Below are positions 23,371 through 37,613 of a stretch of 64,000 nt of DNA, piece by piece. The notes beneath the pieces were generated by a model. The model saw only the letters and a program-made list of their open reading frames with translations, did no database searches and was not told where the DNA came from. The stretch is from assembly GCA_020891255.1 (NCBI GenBank), contig BQFW01000013.1:1426001-1490000 (forward strand), in the 5' to 3' direction. The position numbers and the translations under genes were made by a program. Within the stretch, counting starts at the first letter, position 1. Each line of letters opens with the position of its first letter. The DNA comes from Entomortierella parvispora E1425 (taxonomy: Eukaryota > Fungi > Mortierellomycota).

Positions 23371-26033
23371 ATGAAAAAACTCTCCATTCATCTCGACAAC
23401 AATACCGAGGACGCTGCTCGCTCTTACTATCCTGGCAACACTATCCATGGTACGTTTTTAGTTCTCTCGATGCTCAGATCTCTTGCCTTTCTGTAGCTAA
23501 CGCCGATTCACGCCGATGGCTACAGGCACTGTCCGCTTTGACACATCCGCTTCTGTGAAATACACTTGCATCAAGATCCGCTTTGTGGGCACGGTCTCGA
23601 CCAAAGTTGCAAAGACCACCGATGAAGTTTTTGTCCTTAGCGATCAGGTCGTCCTCCTTGGTCAAGCCAACAATGCCACAGAGGCCATCCTCCCTCAAGG
23701 CCGTCATGCTTGGGTCTTTGCTTTTGATGTGCCTCTCCAGCACATCCCATCCAGTGGAAAGGTACCGATACCTTCCCTTAACTGTCATTTATTTCTTTTT
23801 TCGCCCTGATTTTGCTCCGCTTGGGTGGATCTGCAGATTCATTTTCCTCTTCGACTGTCCTCTGCCTGCGCGAAAAACAATAATTGCTCTTGTGCTCCAG
23901 CTCTTGGTCGGTTATTTAAAGAAGCGCCAAGCGAACATGGCAAACGCACAGCCTCTCCTTCCATTTTGTGCACGCACGGTCATAAACAGCCCATCGTAAC
24001 ATCATTTCTTCATCACTTTTTTTTCACGCTAGTACCGCCATGGCACAGTCAAGTATACCCTCACAGCCACAGTCGCATCAAAGAGCTTTCTTGGCAGTAT
24101 GCAGGAAACCAAGGCTAACAAGACTCTGCAGCTGCAGGACCTAGTGAGTTGCGCTCTTGAACCGTATTGTAACCCTGTGAAGGTACAAGGCTCGAGCAAC
24201 GTCAAACCGGAAACCAACAAGCCCAAAAACTTGGCATCGGCTACAGTCAATCTTTCTCAATCGGCTTTCCTCAAAGGCCAAAAGATCCAGATTGTGATCG
24301 ACTTGGCACACCCTCGAACGCTACATCGTGACCCTGGCTGTTGGGTTCAATTGATCCGAAAGGAAAGCTACTGCGCAGGAGAGTAAGTATTGTCCACTTG
24401 CTCAACCGCCGGCTGTCCCCTCTCAAGATGAGAACGAAGTTGGATCTGACAAATTTGACTAAACCTTTTTAGACAAAGCAAGGAGTACAGCCATGTTGTT
24501 GCCTCCTCTACCATTGCTTTGCATCTGGATACAGCAAAACAGCCAGGCAAAGCCTTTGCAGAGGTCACACTTCCCAGCGACTGTCCACCGACAATGTTTA
24601 CCACCCGAGTCATCTCCATCCAGTATCATCTTCTACTCCTTTTCGACATGCGAACAAAGACTGGATTTCTTGAACGGAGGAATAGACAGACTCTTTCTAA
24701 AAAAGTGCGGACTAAACTCCTCGCGAGTCCGGGAGGGTTCGAGGTCGAAGTACCAGTTGTCATCGCCACAGTTTCCGACACGACATTGCAGGCTCAACCA
24801 AAGCCCTGGACTCAATTGACTTCTTCTCCAAGCGATGTGGATACAAAGTTGAGTGCGGCCGTCTCGCAGTTATCTCTGGGGTCATTACCGTCGCCCTCGC
24901 CGTCTCCATCTCTACAACCGTCTTCACCCTATTCGACCATGCCAGGGCAGTATCCAACTGCACCTTCAACCCCGCCGGCACAGACCAGGTGGGGATCAGA
25001 GTCAGAACCAGCGTCATCATCATCGTCATCTTATATACCTCGAACTCAGTACAACTCCTCTCACGCGGTCACCATTAGTCATTCCCCCCAATGGAAGGGG
25101 AGCCCAGATCGACGGGCAGCGACCCTCCCAGGCTTCGGATCTTCATCCCAGGCATCCTCTTCATCTTTGCACTTATCCTCATTCTCGAAACCGCTACCAG
25201 CCGTCCCAAATGCAGAAAGATCCTCCCCCAGTCTCGCCAGCGCCTCCTCTTCCTCTCCTTTCACGAGCCAGGCTGCTCTATTTGCGGCACACAGTTATAA
25301 TGGAAGCTTGACTCCATCCCCAGTGGCATCCTCTTCAACCCCATACACTACTTACACTTCGTCACCCGGAGTGCTCTCGCCACAATCATATTTTCCGCCG
25401 CCACCTTCTGTCAACGATAATGGATACCCTCGGGAAAAGGAAACCTTTGCTTCTCCAGGACTAGGCCACCGGCAATTTCAGATGCCTCAGCAACTCCAGC
25501 TCCTTCAGGTTCAATCAGCTACAGCTCCATCGGCTGTGGATCTCGGTCTTGGTGTAGCATCGCCAGCACCACCACATCGACAACTTCAACAGGGGTCATT
25601 TTCGCTTTCTCAGTTTGCCACTCAGGAGGGATCAGGATCAGGATCGGGATCGAATTTTAGATCAGTCCCTACCTCTATTGGCCCTGACTCTAGGCGCTAT
25701 AGACTTTCAACTGTGCCTGATATCAAGGCTGCGCGTCCTACAATGCCTTCTGGTCCAATTGACCACGGGCTACCGTCGACGCCAGCTCACTACACGATGC
25801 AGCAGAATGGGCAGTCATCCGTAGATACGACGCGGTACCAACAGCAACAACAACAACAACAACAACAGCAACAATGGTCTTCGTCTGCGCCAGTTCATCC
25901 CACGCATCCACAGTATCAGCATCAACAGCAACCATCTCACCCCACCGTAGCCGTGAACCGCGACGTCAGGAACAGTGTCATTGACAGTGAGAGTGATCCA
26001 GCGCCCCCCTACAGTGCCGTGTCCTCAATCTGA
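23371..26033 (+). CDS. Alpha-arrestin-like adaptor (arrestin N and C domains plus long S/P/Q-rich tail)
   Basis: YYPGNTIHGTV...IKIRFVG...LPQGRHAWVFAFDVP...PSS...GTVKYTLTA; LPSDCPPT...IQYHL; tail ends PAPPYSAVSSI. Confidence 0.88.
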
Positions 26034-26360
26034 AGAAATAAATGAATCAAAAAAAAAAAAAAAATCACGCCAGGAAGATTGATCATCGCATATGCTGCAC
26101 ACAACCTCAACTTTCCCACGGGTTGCGCTCTGAAGGCAGAGAAGGAAAAAAAGTCTTCTCCACACACACGCAACGAGTGATCTCTTCCCCTTCTTCTTCT
26201 CTTCCTCCTTCATCTCCATCCCCATCGTTGCATCTGTCCCTCCTTCTCCCCTCTCTTCCTCTCCGTCCCTCCTTCATTTCATCTCTCTACTCTCCTCTCC
26301 ACTCTTCACTTTGCTACGCTTGCATTCACTCATCTTTACAGCACTACCATACACATCACA

Positions 26361-28306
26361 ATGTCTGCCCTTCACAGATCCCTTCGTCTTTCCTCATCTC
26401 TCGGAGCCGTCTCCAGAGCCTTTGTCCAGCAGGGCTCGCCCGTCAAGGTACTGATCGCCGCCGTTGGTGCAGCAGACATATGGCACCTTTCTCTAGGAAG
26501 GGTTAACCCCCTTGACAGGCACATATAATTTCGCTCCCTGGACACGTCGTCGTACTAAACAAAAAATTCCCGTCAATTGTCCCACGCTTCTCAATTTTAT
26601 CCTTCCAGCATTTGCACACGTCCATGAAGACCCAGTATGCTGCTGCCAACAGCCCCCCACCTGCTGAGGGATTCATGCCCGGTGTTGCCAACTCCAAGCT
26701 CATCAAGCACACTCACCACGATGCTCTCCGTAACCCTGAGCTCGCCGGTGTCGCCAACGGTATTCTTCCAGCTATCAAGTCACTCGCCCAACAAACGTAG
26801 AGTCAGATTGGAGAGAACTGATCCATTGAACTTCTGCCTCTTTTTATCTATTTTGTGTATCTTTCTAGGCGAGACAAAGAAGATGAACACTTTCCAGGCC
26901 GTCAACGATGCCATGAGCATCGCCTTGGCCACCGATGACACTGCCTGCGTCTTTGGAGAGGATGTTGCCTTTGGAGGAGTGTTCCGTTGCACAATGGGTC
27001 TCTCAGAGATGTTCGGTACGTGCTACCCTTCTCTTTTTTGCTTTTCTGCTTGACAGTTACATTTTCTAGGAATCTGCCGCTGACAGTTTTTACTTGACAA
27101 CAAACAGGTCGTGATCGCGTCTTCAACACTCCCTTGTCCGAGCAGGGTATTGCTGGATTCGGTATTGGTCTCGCCGCCATGGGATCGACTGCCATTGCCG
27201 AGATTCAGTTTGCCGATTATATCTTCCCCGCCTTCGATCAGGTATGGACATTGAATCGTTGAAGGACACGACCCACAGGACTGAAATGGAATGGGTTTTG
27301 CAATCTATTGTTTGTCTGGAATGTGTATGCTCACCCTCTGTCTTATTTTGACTGTCAATTCTTCCATTAGCTCGTGAACGAGGCTGCCAAATACCGTTAC
27401 CGTTCCGGAGGAGAGTTCAACGTCGGTGGTTTGTGCATCCGTACCCCTTGCGGTGCTGTTGGACATGGTGGTCATTACCACTCTCAGCACCCCGAGGCCC
27501 ATTTCGCTCATACTCCCGGTCTTAAGGTCGTTGTTCCTCGCAGTCCTATCCAGGCCAAGGGTCTCTTGTTGGCTTCCATCCGTGACCGTAACCCTGTCAT
27601 CTTCATGGAGCCTAAGATCCTTTACCGTGCTGCTGGTAAAGTTGTCGTCTCATTTCTGTCTTTTCGACTTTTTCGTATGGATGTGTGTCACTAGGGACCG
27701 GGATCAAGTGGATTAACTTGGATTTTTTTTGTTTGCTTTTATGACGGGACATCCTACAGTCGAGCAGGTTCCCGTTGGTGATTACGAGTTGCCTTTGGGC
27801 AAGGCCGAGATCTTGACTCAGGGCAAGGACTTGACCATTGTCGGATGGGGAGCACAGTTGTACGTTCTCGAGAACGCTATCCAGATTGCTCAGAAGAAGA
27901 TGCCCGGTTTGTCCGTCGAGTTGATTGACTTGCGTTCCATCTTGCCTTGGGATGTCGAGACCGTTTGCAACTCTGTCAACAAGACCGGTCGTCTCTTGAT
28001 TGCCCATGAGGCTCCCAAGACCCAGGGATTCGCTGCCGAGATTGCTAGCACTGTCATGGAGAGGTAAGGAAAAGGAATAAGAAGGCAGTTAAACCCTCCA
28101 AAGAGAACAGGAAAGAGCTATCATTGACCAAGATCCATATTGTTATTTCTTTCTTTTTCAATTAACGTAGATGCTTCTTGCGTCTGGAGGCCCCTATCCA
28201 GCGTGTCACCTCATATGATACCCCCTTCCCCCTCATCTACGAAAAGTTCCATGTCCCTGATATGATCCGCTGTGCTGAGGGTATCGAGCGCGCCATGAAG
28301 TTCTAA
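26361..28306 (+). CDS. BCKDHB: Branched-chain 2-oxoacid dehydrogenase E1 beta subunit, mitochondrial
   Basis: [11 protein letters not shown]...[15 protein letters not shown]; [17 protein letters not shown]; [15 protein letters not shown]; [13 protein letters not shown]; LLIAHEAP. Confidence 0.96.
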
Positions 28307-28833
28307 ACAAACAAACAAAAATAATCACATCATGTTGTGGGGAGACTTGTCTGTAGGTCCTCTGCATCCAAACAATAGACTTTTTTTTTGTTGTCAGAAC
28401 AAAAAGAAAAAAAAACACCCCTCCCTTTGTAGAAAGAAAACCTTCCCCCATCACCATTCTCTTTCAACTGCCTTCAGAAAGGAGGAGAAAGAAGAAGAAG
28501 AAAAAAAAATCAAATAAGGACGTTCCATTCATACCATTGATCTGCATAAAGAAAAAAAAATCATACAAAGCCATCATGATCAGCACAGCATTCGGGTGGA
28601 ACGAAAGAGGTTTTTTTGCATTCGGTATTTGTAATGGGGATAAAAGTCTAGAAGAGAGGTAGTCTTTGAAAGTGAAGGAAAGGGAGGGAAGATGGTTTTT
28701 ATGACAGAGGAAGAGGGGGTGTACAAGAGTGTCGAAGAGTAAATAATAAAAAACACGGAAAGAACTAGTCTGGTGAGGTGTGGGGTGTCCAGAGGAGGGG
28801 TTTTGAAACTGGGACGGTATCGACAGGGAAAAT

Positions 28834-31011
28834 CTACTTGTGCAAATGACTGACCCAGTGTTCCATGTCCACTTGTTCTTTCTCAGCTCGATGGTAGTAT
28901 GGATGGCCCTGTTCGGATCAAATTATTTTGTCCAGGATTGAGAGAAAGGGAAAGAAGGTTAGTGCTTTGGACAGGGATACTAATGCTCTCCATCCCCCCC
29001 AAAATGCGTTCCAGAGGGATGCACTTTAGTCTAGAACCCCGAGCGACTTACAGCCAAAATATCGGGAGAAGGTCTTGACTCTACGTTCTTGGTAAGGCTG
29101 TAACGTAAAAAAAGTATATCGATCGATCAAAGAGAGACGGAAAAAAAAAGAGAATTAGACAGGTACGCTCTTGAAGGTAAAAAGGAGTATCCGCAAATTG
29201 TAATTTCACACGAATCCTTTACCAGATATCGACAAAGTTGCAAAAATCGTCTGGGAACTCGCCACGGGGGAGGCGAGGCAGAGGCTCATTCACAATATGT
29301 TGAAGTAGCTCCAAAATCGTCAACGATTTACACTCTGCATCCAAGGGAAATCGTCCCAGTGCCAACTCCATTAAGGTGATGCCTAGAGACCAAACGTCTG
29401 ATTGTACTCCATAGTTGCCTCCACGGATTCTTTCGGGCTATTTGATAAGGAAAAGAAAGTGGCGTAGATAAAAAAAAAATGAAAAGAGAGCAAATTTACA
29501 CAAAAGTTGATCAGTTCCTGGATCACAATTGACCAATCCTTCAGCGTTGATTGAAAACATGGAAATTCCCATGACCAGCAGGTCCAGAGCAGTAGTCATG
29601 GATGCAAGAAAAAGTGCCGTACCGACATGTAGTTGCTGGTTCCAACGAAGGTGTTGGCGATCGAATTGACAAGCTGACCAGATACACCAAAGTCGCAAAT
29701 TTTGACCAGGCCTGTAGAGTTGATGAGAATATTGGAGGGCTTCAGATCTATGGAGTAGAAATGAAAAATAAAGTGAGGAACAGGCTTTTCATACAATGCC
29801 CTTCTTTTGACCAGTAAACAAGACGACAGATCATGTACCTCGATGGACAATCTTGTGATTATGGTAAAGGTACGTCAGTCCCTTGAGGACCGATACGGTG
29901 ATGAGTCCAATGACATCCATAGGGAAAGCGCCGTTCTTTGCACAGATTCCATCCAAAGACCTTGATTGTATTCGATAGAAAATAAGCGGGTGAATAAAAG
30001 GTCAGTGGACAGGCCGCATTTCTAGAGACAACTTAAGGTGGCGATAGACATGTCTTCCTTACCCAACGTCCATGTACTCCATGCAATACGAAATCTCACT
30101 CTCGTGCAAGAACGCGCCGTAGAACGAGACGATGTTGGGATGATTGCAGTCGTGCATGATCTGCAGCTCCCGCAAGATCTGCTTCCGTACCGCAGGCTGT
30201 GCGTCGATGTGGATCACCTACAACGACAAAAAAAGAACGGAGTATCGTTGGTCCTCTGCACTGGCAAATAAAGCTACTATTGTTGTGCTGGACGGTGTCG
30301 TCTTGTTCTACTCCAATGTGGTCCAACATGGTCCAACATGGTCCAACATGGTCGTTGTCCTGATATGCTTTTTAGCTTGGCTGCTTCCTGCTCCTTGTTG
30401 CAGCATCCCTGGGAAGGGCCTAGCCCTCGTACTCTTCATGCACTCCTGTACCATGCTTCGCCAGCTTGTTTGTGTTCCCTTTCCGTCTTCTCTGTTCCCC
30501 TTGTGCCACCATGCTGCTCCAAGGCGCCCATCATTCGCGCCCTCACGCCCTGAAATCGAGGCTCCTGTGCATGAGTCATCACCATCATCATCCATCATCT
30601 CGGAGACAATCATCCCCAGTCAAGAAATCGAGGAAAAAAAAGGGCTATTAACGAACAACAAGCCAGTTTACCCACCTTGCGTGCCATGATGGACTTTGTG
30701 GGGAGATGGATCACTCTACTGACAGTTCCTCCATTGCCTGCACCGAGCTCCTCCAACGTCTGCAGGTCCTCGCTCCTCAGGTCCAGCTTGAACTCGACGC
30801 CGAGCTCAAGGTCAGGCAGCTGCTCCCGTCGAGAATAATGTGCCGTGCCCGTTCCCTGTGCGCCTCCCCCTGCTGCAGCCGAACCGCGCACCAGAGGCAC
30901 GTTGTGCTGATGGGCGCTTCCACCTGGCGGCGCATTCTCATTCGCAGCCTCGTCCAGGGCCAAGTTCTTGAAGTTTCTCTTTTTACGGATCGTGCCTGGC
31001 GACGAGATCAT
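28834..31011 (-). CDS. STE7: MAP kinase kinase, Ste7/Fuz7/Byr1 type
   Basis: N-terminal MAPK docking motif [11 protein letters not shown]; [10 protein letters not shown]; DLKPSNIL; [29 protein letters not shown]; last exon [24 protein letters not shown]. Confidence 0.93.
30319..30353. repeat. 10-bp tandem repeat (TGGTCCAACA x3.5) inside a MAPKK intron
   Basis: Read directly from the sequence. Confidence 0.9.
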
Positions 31012-31711
31012 GATGTCGGTCTGAATAAGAAGGTGGGTAGTCCAGGGGAGAAATGAAGATAAGAGAGTGCAAAAAAGGGAGCGTGTGAGCAGAGGCAGAT
31101 GATGGGCGTTGGTTGGTTCCGCGTCGAGAAGTGAGGGGTATCAAGAATGTGTTTGACAAAGAAGAGTGGGTGGAAGAGCGAAAGAGAGACTAAGAAGGGA
31201 GGGAATTCAAAGGAGAAAAGAGACACGGAAAAAAAGAGAAGGAGAGAAGAGAGGGTTCAGAAGGATGAAGATGGTCGAGATGAGATTGGGATGAAGGACA
31301 AAGGACGAGAAGACAAGAAGGGAAGGCGAAAAAAAAAAAAAAAAAAAACTCTCCGTCCCTCTTTCTTATTCCCTCTTGTTCCCTTCCTTCCCTTCACGTC
31401 GCCCTTTTCTTTTCTTTCTTATTTTCCTTGTGCTTTGAGAGCGCACTGCATCTCGCCTCTGCAGGCGAATGAAGAAAAGGAATGGCGGACAGATCGTCTT
31501 TTATTAAAATAACTCTTCACTTCCATTCCTTTACTGCTGCTGCAGGCCAGAGGCGCTCTTGCTCCTCCTTTCTCCTCCTTCCCTTTTGCCCTTGGTCACT
31601 CGTGACAATTTTTCAATGGTCGCACTGCACTGGCACAAACAAAGTAAATCATTTTTTTATTTTTTTTCCATGAATCGCGACATCACCACAGGGTGCGATC
31701 AAAAAAACATC

Positions 31712-34120
31712 TTAGGCAACAATCTCCTCCTTCTCATCAATGACCTCCTCGATCCACTCATCAACCTCCTCAGCCTCCTCATCGTCAGCAGAGACAGCAG
31801 CAGTCTGCTGACCAGCGGCAGCACGATCGCTAGCAAGATCAGCCTCAACACGCTTGCGCCAGTTGGACCACTCCTCCAAAAGCTGGCGACGACGAGCACG
31901 CTCGGTGCTGGAGACCAAGGAAGAAGACTCCATATCCTGCTCCTCGAAACGGGCACTGTACTCGCGGAGGTTCTTGCGGATGTTCTATAAGTAAAAGGAA
32001 TTGCAAAGATATGTGTGAATAAAAAGAACACAAACGGACAATTATCAGATATTTTAAGCTCATTATTTACCTTGATCTGGTCCTTGGACAACAGAGTCTT
32101 GGGTCTGGGGCGCCAGACAAGCTGCTTGAACTTCTCGAGCGATTCCTTGTAGAGCATCTGACCCTTGAAGTCCCAGATTTGGTATCCGTTCTCCATGGTG
32201 TGTCTCCACATAGAGGCGCTGGTAGCAACGAAGCGACCAGAGGGATCCCACTCAATGTCAGTGACACCATAGTGCTCGCCAGAGGCCAAAAGCTGGAGGT
32301 AGGCAGAGGGGTCCTTCTCGCCACCAGTAGGGACCTTGGCAGCAGCAGACTCCAGGGGCTCGAAATCCAAGTCGTAAAACTCGAGATCCCAAACGGTCTG
32401 GGAGCGGAGGGTGGCCAAAACGACGTTACGACCCTTGGGCGACCAGAAGATGGTGTTGCAAGACTTTCCAGTCAAAGTCTTGATGACCTTGAAGGACTGG
32501 AGAGTATCCTTGCCCTTGCCCTTGTCCAAGTAGTAGAAGCTGGCAGAGGTCTTCAAAGTGGTAGAACCAGGGGTAGCAGAGGTAAAGTTGGGATCGCTGG
32601 TGGTAATGACAGCGAAACGCTCGCCCTTGGGCTCCCAGGCAAAGGCCAAAATGGACTCCTTGACCTCGACAACCTCGACGGGAATGTCTCTCTCGCGAAC
32701 ACGGAAGATCTCGAGGTTAGAGTAGGTGACCTTCTTGTTCTTGGTGTGACGATCAACCTTGACGCAAAGGAAGTCGCCCTGGTTCTGCCAGTGAAGCTTG
32801 CAGTCGTTAACGTTGAACAAGTTCTTGGTACGAACAATCTCCTGCGAGGGGATGTTGAGAAGGGTGACACGAGCGGGCTGGTTGTCAACCTCGGGGGTCC
32901 AGTAGGCGAGCATGTCATCCTTGGGCTTGCCAGACTTATCAGCGGCAGAGGAAGGAGCCCACTCAAAGTCAACGACACCGTCAATCTTGATAGACTTCTT
33001 GTTCAAAAGACCCATGCTGGGAGCCTCGTAGACCGAGATCTGGGTTCCGGGGGTGACACGGGCAAAGTAGCGCTCGCTGGGCGACCACTTGAAGACGGGC
33101 CACGAGACAGTAGGGCGAGCATTGGGACCAGGGGGAGCGAGCGAGGGGAAGGTGCGGAGAAGGGCACCGGACTTGACATCCCAGATAACGATCTGGTTGC
33201 CGTTATCCTCAGGGCCGAAAGGTCCCTCGTTGTTCTCCTCGGGGACAACGATGGGCTCGTTGCTCCAGGTGACGAGGTAACGCTCGTTGGGAGAGTAGTC
33301 GATCAGCTTGACACCGGGGTGGACAAAGCGAATGATCTTCTTCCAGGACTCACCTCCCCAGAGAGCAACACCCTGGGCGTGGAAAGTGGTCAGGTACGAG
33401 CCCAAAGGAGACCACTGAACGTAGGTCTCAGTCCAGTGAGGCTTGTTGTGGGCGATTTGAGGCTGCTCCTTCTGCATGTTCCAGAGAACCTGAACCTCGT
33501 TGTGGCGGTAGATGACCATCTGGTCGCGTCCAAGCTCATCCGCGAGCCAGGACTTAAGATGCTCCTTCTCGACGAACTCTTCCTCGACAGGGGCCTGGAA
33601 TTCTTCCTCGACGGCAGAGTATTTTTCAACATCCGTGAAGCGGTTGACAGCAAGTGTATGAGACTTGTCCATCTTGAAGCCATCAATGGTCTTGACGGCG
33701 TGGGTAGCCTGCTCGGCAGTCTCGAACTCAATAAACATGAATCTGTAAATAGAAAGAAAAAAAGCTGATCAGTTTAACAGCTAGAACAAAAACGATTGCT
33801 CATTCATGTGCACTCTTTGCGACCATAGGTCCGAGATAGTCAGACAGGATTCATTACCCCTTGCTCATGAGCTTGCCCTTCTCGTTGACAGCCTTGGGCA
33901 TAACAAAGTGGTTCTCGCGGATCTCGCCAACATTCTTGAAGATCTTGCGCAAGAACTGCAACAGCTTCTCCTCCTTGGTCTCGTCAACGAGGGGGATGTT
34001 GTCGACAACGACAATGTTGTCAAAGCCCTCCTCGAAGGACAACTGGTAGCGCTCCTCAATATCGCTGAAGTCGAGATCATCCTCGTGCTCGGGCAGGTTG
34101 TTGATGTCAAAACGAGCCAT
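31712..34120 (-). CDS. PRT1: Translation initiation factor eIF3 subunit b (3 exons)
   Basis: RRM with NIVVVDNIP...KGFMFIEF; WD propeller WTETYVQWSPLGSYL, WDPSGRFVATSAS; acidic C-terminus WIEEVIDEKEEIVA*. Confidence 0.97.
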
Positions 34121-34717
34121 GGTGTGGTGTATGGTAGATGGGATTGGGTGAAAAGATGTAATGCAAAGTGGTGGTATCTGATGTTATGAAGATGGGTTAA
34201 TCTACAAGTTGCAAGCACGTCGAGGGACAGATGATCGTCGAAGTGATGTCGGGTGAGAGTGGGGATGAGGATGCGATGAGGGCTGAAGGAGAGAGGATGA
34301 TGCGTCTTGCCGTCGCTCTTTTTGGTGGCCCATCGTCTGAGTTGCCAGTCAGGGCAAACAACCGAAAAAAAATATGTCCCAGGTCACTGTATTCCTGAGA
34401 AGTGTATATGCTGTGACAACTCGAAAAATTCGACTTCTCCACATCACGTGCCCAGTCCATGTGCGCTGCTGCATGCCGCCTGTCCGTCAGCCAACCAGTC
34501 TTGGCTCACTCAAGGCTGTGGCGCGTGCCCATGCCGACAGTAGCCAAGCAGACAGTGCATGCGCGGACAATCTCATTCCTCTCTGCTTCTTTCATCCTGC
34601 CTTCTTTTGCTCTTGCCCTACTGCTCATTCTTTACCCGCCTCCCCCTATTCTGCGAACCTCTTCCCTCCCCATTACTCCTTCCTTCCGTCCGTGCGCGCT
34701 AGTGTATCCTCTTGAAT

Positions 34718-37542
34718 ATGGACTCTGCGAGCGTGCTCACGTCGCAGCAAGTCTCCTTTGGAGCTGAGCTTAAGGTACTGTATTGTCTGGCCAAACAGCC
34801 GTACTTTCTGGCGATCAATGATACAGAGGGGCTCCAAAGATCGCTTCAACTCACACTGGCGTTGTTCTATGTGCTATAGGATCAAATCCCAACTATCAAC
34901 CAACATCTCGTAAACGGAGTCGCGTTCTTGAACGAGTTCCGGGACTTTTGCAAGGAGCGCGCCAACATCGAACGGGATTACGCTCACAGGATCGAGACCT
35001 TGGTTCGAAAATACCAACACAAAAAGGAAAAGAAGACAGCGCTGACTCAGAATGGCGGCATCCCTGCCTCGCCTCTTGAACCAGACTTTGAGCTCAATGA
35101 TGGATCGTAAGTCTTGTGCAGAACCGTTTGTGGCTGTTGCGCCTGATCTGTCTTCTACAGTCCCCCTGAAAATCACAAGCGACCCCCATCTCTAAATTAA
35201 TCATCCAAACAAAAATATCAACCTAGCACCACTGCAAGAGCTTGGACCTGTATCCTCAATGACACGGAGGCACTTTCCCGCGATAGACAAATGTACTCAG
35301 AGGCTCTGATCTCTAGAGTCTATGATCCGCTTAAAGCATTCGCTACAAAGAAAGACGATGCCCGTAAAAAGGTATAGTTTGATGCCAAAACTTGAAGGGC
35401 AATTGCTCCATCAATGCATAAATGAAGACAGCGAAGCCCTGACACATACTCCTTTCGTCTTTATCATTAATGCATAGCATGTCCAATTTGCTCAGAAACT
35501 CCTTTCAGAGAGAGACAAATCATCTCAGGAGCGTGACAAGGCCAAATCTCGATATGATGCTAGCTGCGAGGAGGTTGAGAGCTCAAAGCAAAAGCAGGAA
35601 CGGGCCTTTGACGAACGCAACCAGGAAAAGCTGAAGCGATCTTATTACCAGGACATTTTGGATATGAACAACAACAAGAACTCCTATGTTCTGGCCTTGC
35701 AAGTCCTGAACACCCATCGCCGGAAATACTATGAACAGGATCTACCTCAGCTGTCTGACGTGAGTTTACCCGAAGCTCAGTGTCCTCCTCTATTTCTACA
35801 CAATGCCTAATCTTGAATCTTTTAATCTTTAGAACATGCAAGCCCTGGATGAGAGTAGGATCGAGGGGTTGAAGGATGTTTGGGGAGGATACATTGGGCT
35901 GGAAGCCAAGCTCACAGTAGATGCCCAAGCTCACCTGGAATCGATGACGGCAGCAGTGAACGCCATCGATGCATCCGTAGATTCTGCGGTTTTTGTCCGC
36001 TCTCATCGAGCTCCATGGTCAACCCCGCCCGACCATGCCTTTGAATCATCTCCAACCTTCAATGACACTGTACGTGAAATGTGATACTCGTACTATCTTT
36101 AAGTGACAGGAACGAACAAAATAATCCGCTAACGACTGGCTTTATTTGATTGATATAGGAAGAATTAGTTGTGGATGACAATGCACGGGTCTTCTTGAGC
36201 AACAAATTGATGAAGCTGAGACGAAAGCAAGCGCAGACAGCTGTGGATATCAACAGCCGGCTCAAGGACATGGAGGGCTTGCAAAATTTGAAGGAGGCGT
36301 ACCTCGGAAACCGCAGCCTAGGCGATCCCGACGACGTGAATGAAAACATTCTAGAGACTTCACGATCTATCACAGTGCTGCAGACCATGGGCGCCCTTTA
36401 CGAAGCCGAGATCAACAGCATTGTGCAAACCATGGGCGGTATGGTTCCCAGTCTGACCATCTATGATCCAAGCGAATTTACTAAATTACAAATACTGATA
36501 GGTTCTTTTTTTTTAATTTTTTTATATACCTATTTCCATGATAGAAACGGGTGTACAAAACCAACCACACGACTTTAAGGCGGCTTCATTCACAATCCCG
36601 ACTTCGTGCGATTATTGTCAGTCGACCATTTGGGGCATTGCGAAACAAGGATTCACGTGTCGCGATTGTGGTTACAACTGTCACTCAAAGTGTGAGATGA
36701 AGGTGCCCCCCAATTGTAGTAATGTCAAAGGCGGGGCAAAAGCACAGCGGAACTCGATCATTGTCCCGCCATCCTCTACCTTCAACACCATGTCAAGCCT
36801 GCCTCCAGAGCTTGCACCCTCGGCGACCCCAATCTCGCAGCTTCCTCAACGAGCTTCCATCCCACCAGCGTTCAGGGAGTCGAAATCGGGTTCGTCATTG
36901 AATGAAACGCAGGCCCATGTGCTCTATGACTATGACGCTGCCAGTCCTGGGGAACTGTCTGTCCGTGCAGGTGATGTGGTGACGGTTTTAGAGAATGACG
37001 GTAAGGAGAATAGGACATTTAGACATGATCGCCTGCATGTTGTCTCGTACTCAAGTATTGACACATATTATGATAGATGGCTCTGGTTGGGTTGCCTGCC
37101 AAGTTCAAGGTGGTGCCACTGGACTAATTCCGGCTACCTATATCGAGATCGAAAAATTCTACGAGGCTCCAGCCGAGGCAGCTCCTGTTCAGAAAGGTTG
37201 GAATTTTGGCTCCAGTCGTGCTCCCGCTCGCATGCAGTTTGACATTAACATAAACAACCCCTTTTCTCTTAGTTCGAGCTCTCTTTGACTATGATGCGCA
37301 ATCAGACCTGGAGCTAACTATCCGACAGGGAGACGTGCTCGTTCTTACCAGCACCAATTGCTCTGAAGGCTGGTGGGAAGGTAAATATTCAACTCTCTAT
37401 TTTTTTTTTTTTTAATTTTTTTTTTCTTTACTGGTATCGATTTGTTTCTCATACCACGCTCTCGAACTGTTGCTTTTCATTAATAGGCACTCTGAACGGA
37501 GTGACAGCCCAGTTCCCAGCAAGTTATGTCGAAATGTTGTAG
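34718..37542 (+). CDS. BZZ1: Bzz1-like F-BAR + C1 + two SH3 endocytic adaptor
   Basis: SFGAELKDQ...FCKERANIERDY; C1 domain HDFKAASFTIPTSCDYC...CHSKC; SH3 domains VLYDYDAASPGELSV and ALFDYDAQSDLELTIRQGD. Confidence 0.93.
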
Positions 37543-37613
37543 TAGTTTCAAACATAAATAATGTAAAAATCGGGTATAAAATTATTTTATTTTTTTTGGG
37601 GGGGAGACAAAAT

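Noticed and set aside
32179-33768. 529-aa plus-strand ORF
   Set aside because: Antisense shadow of eIF3b; strongly biased codon usage leaves the opposite strand free of stops
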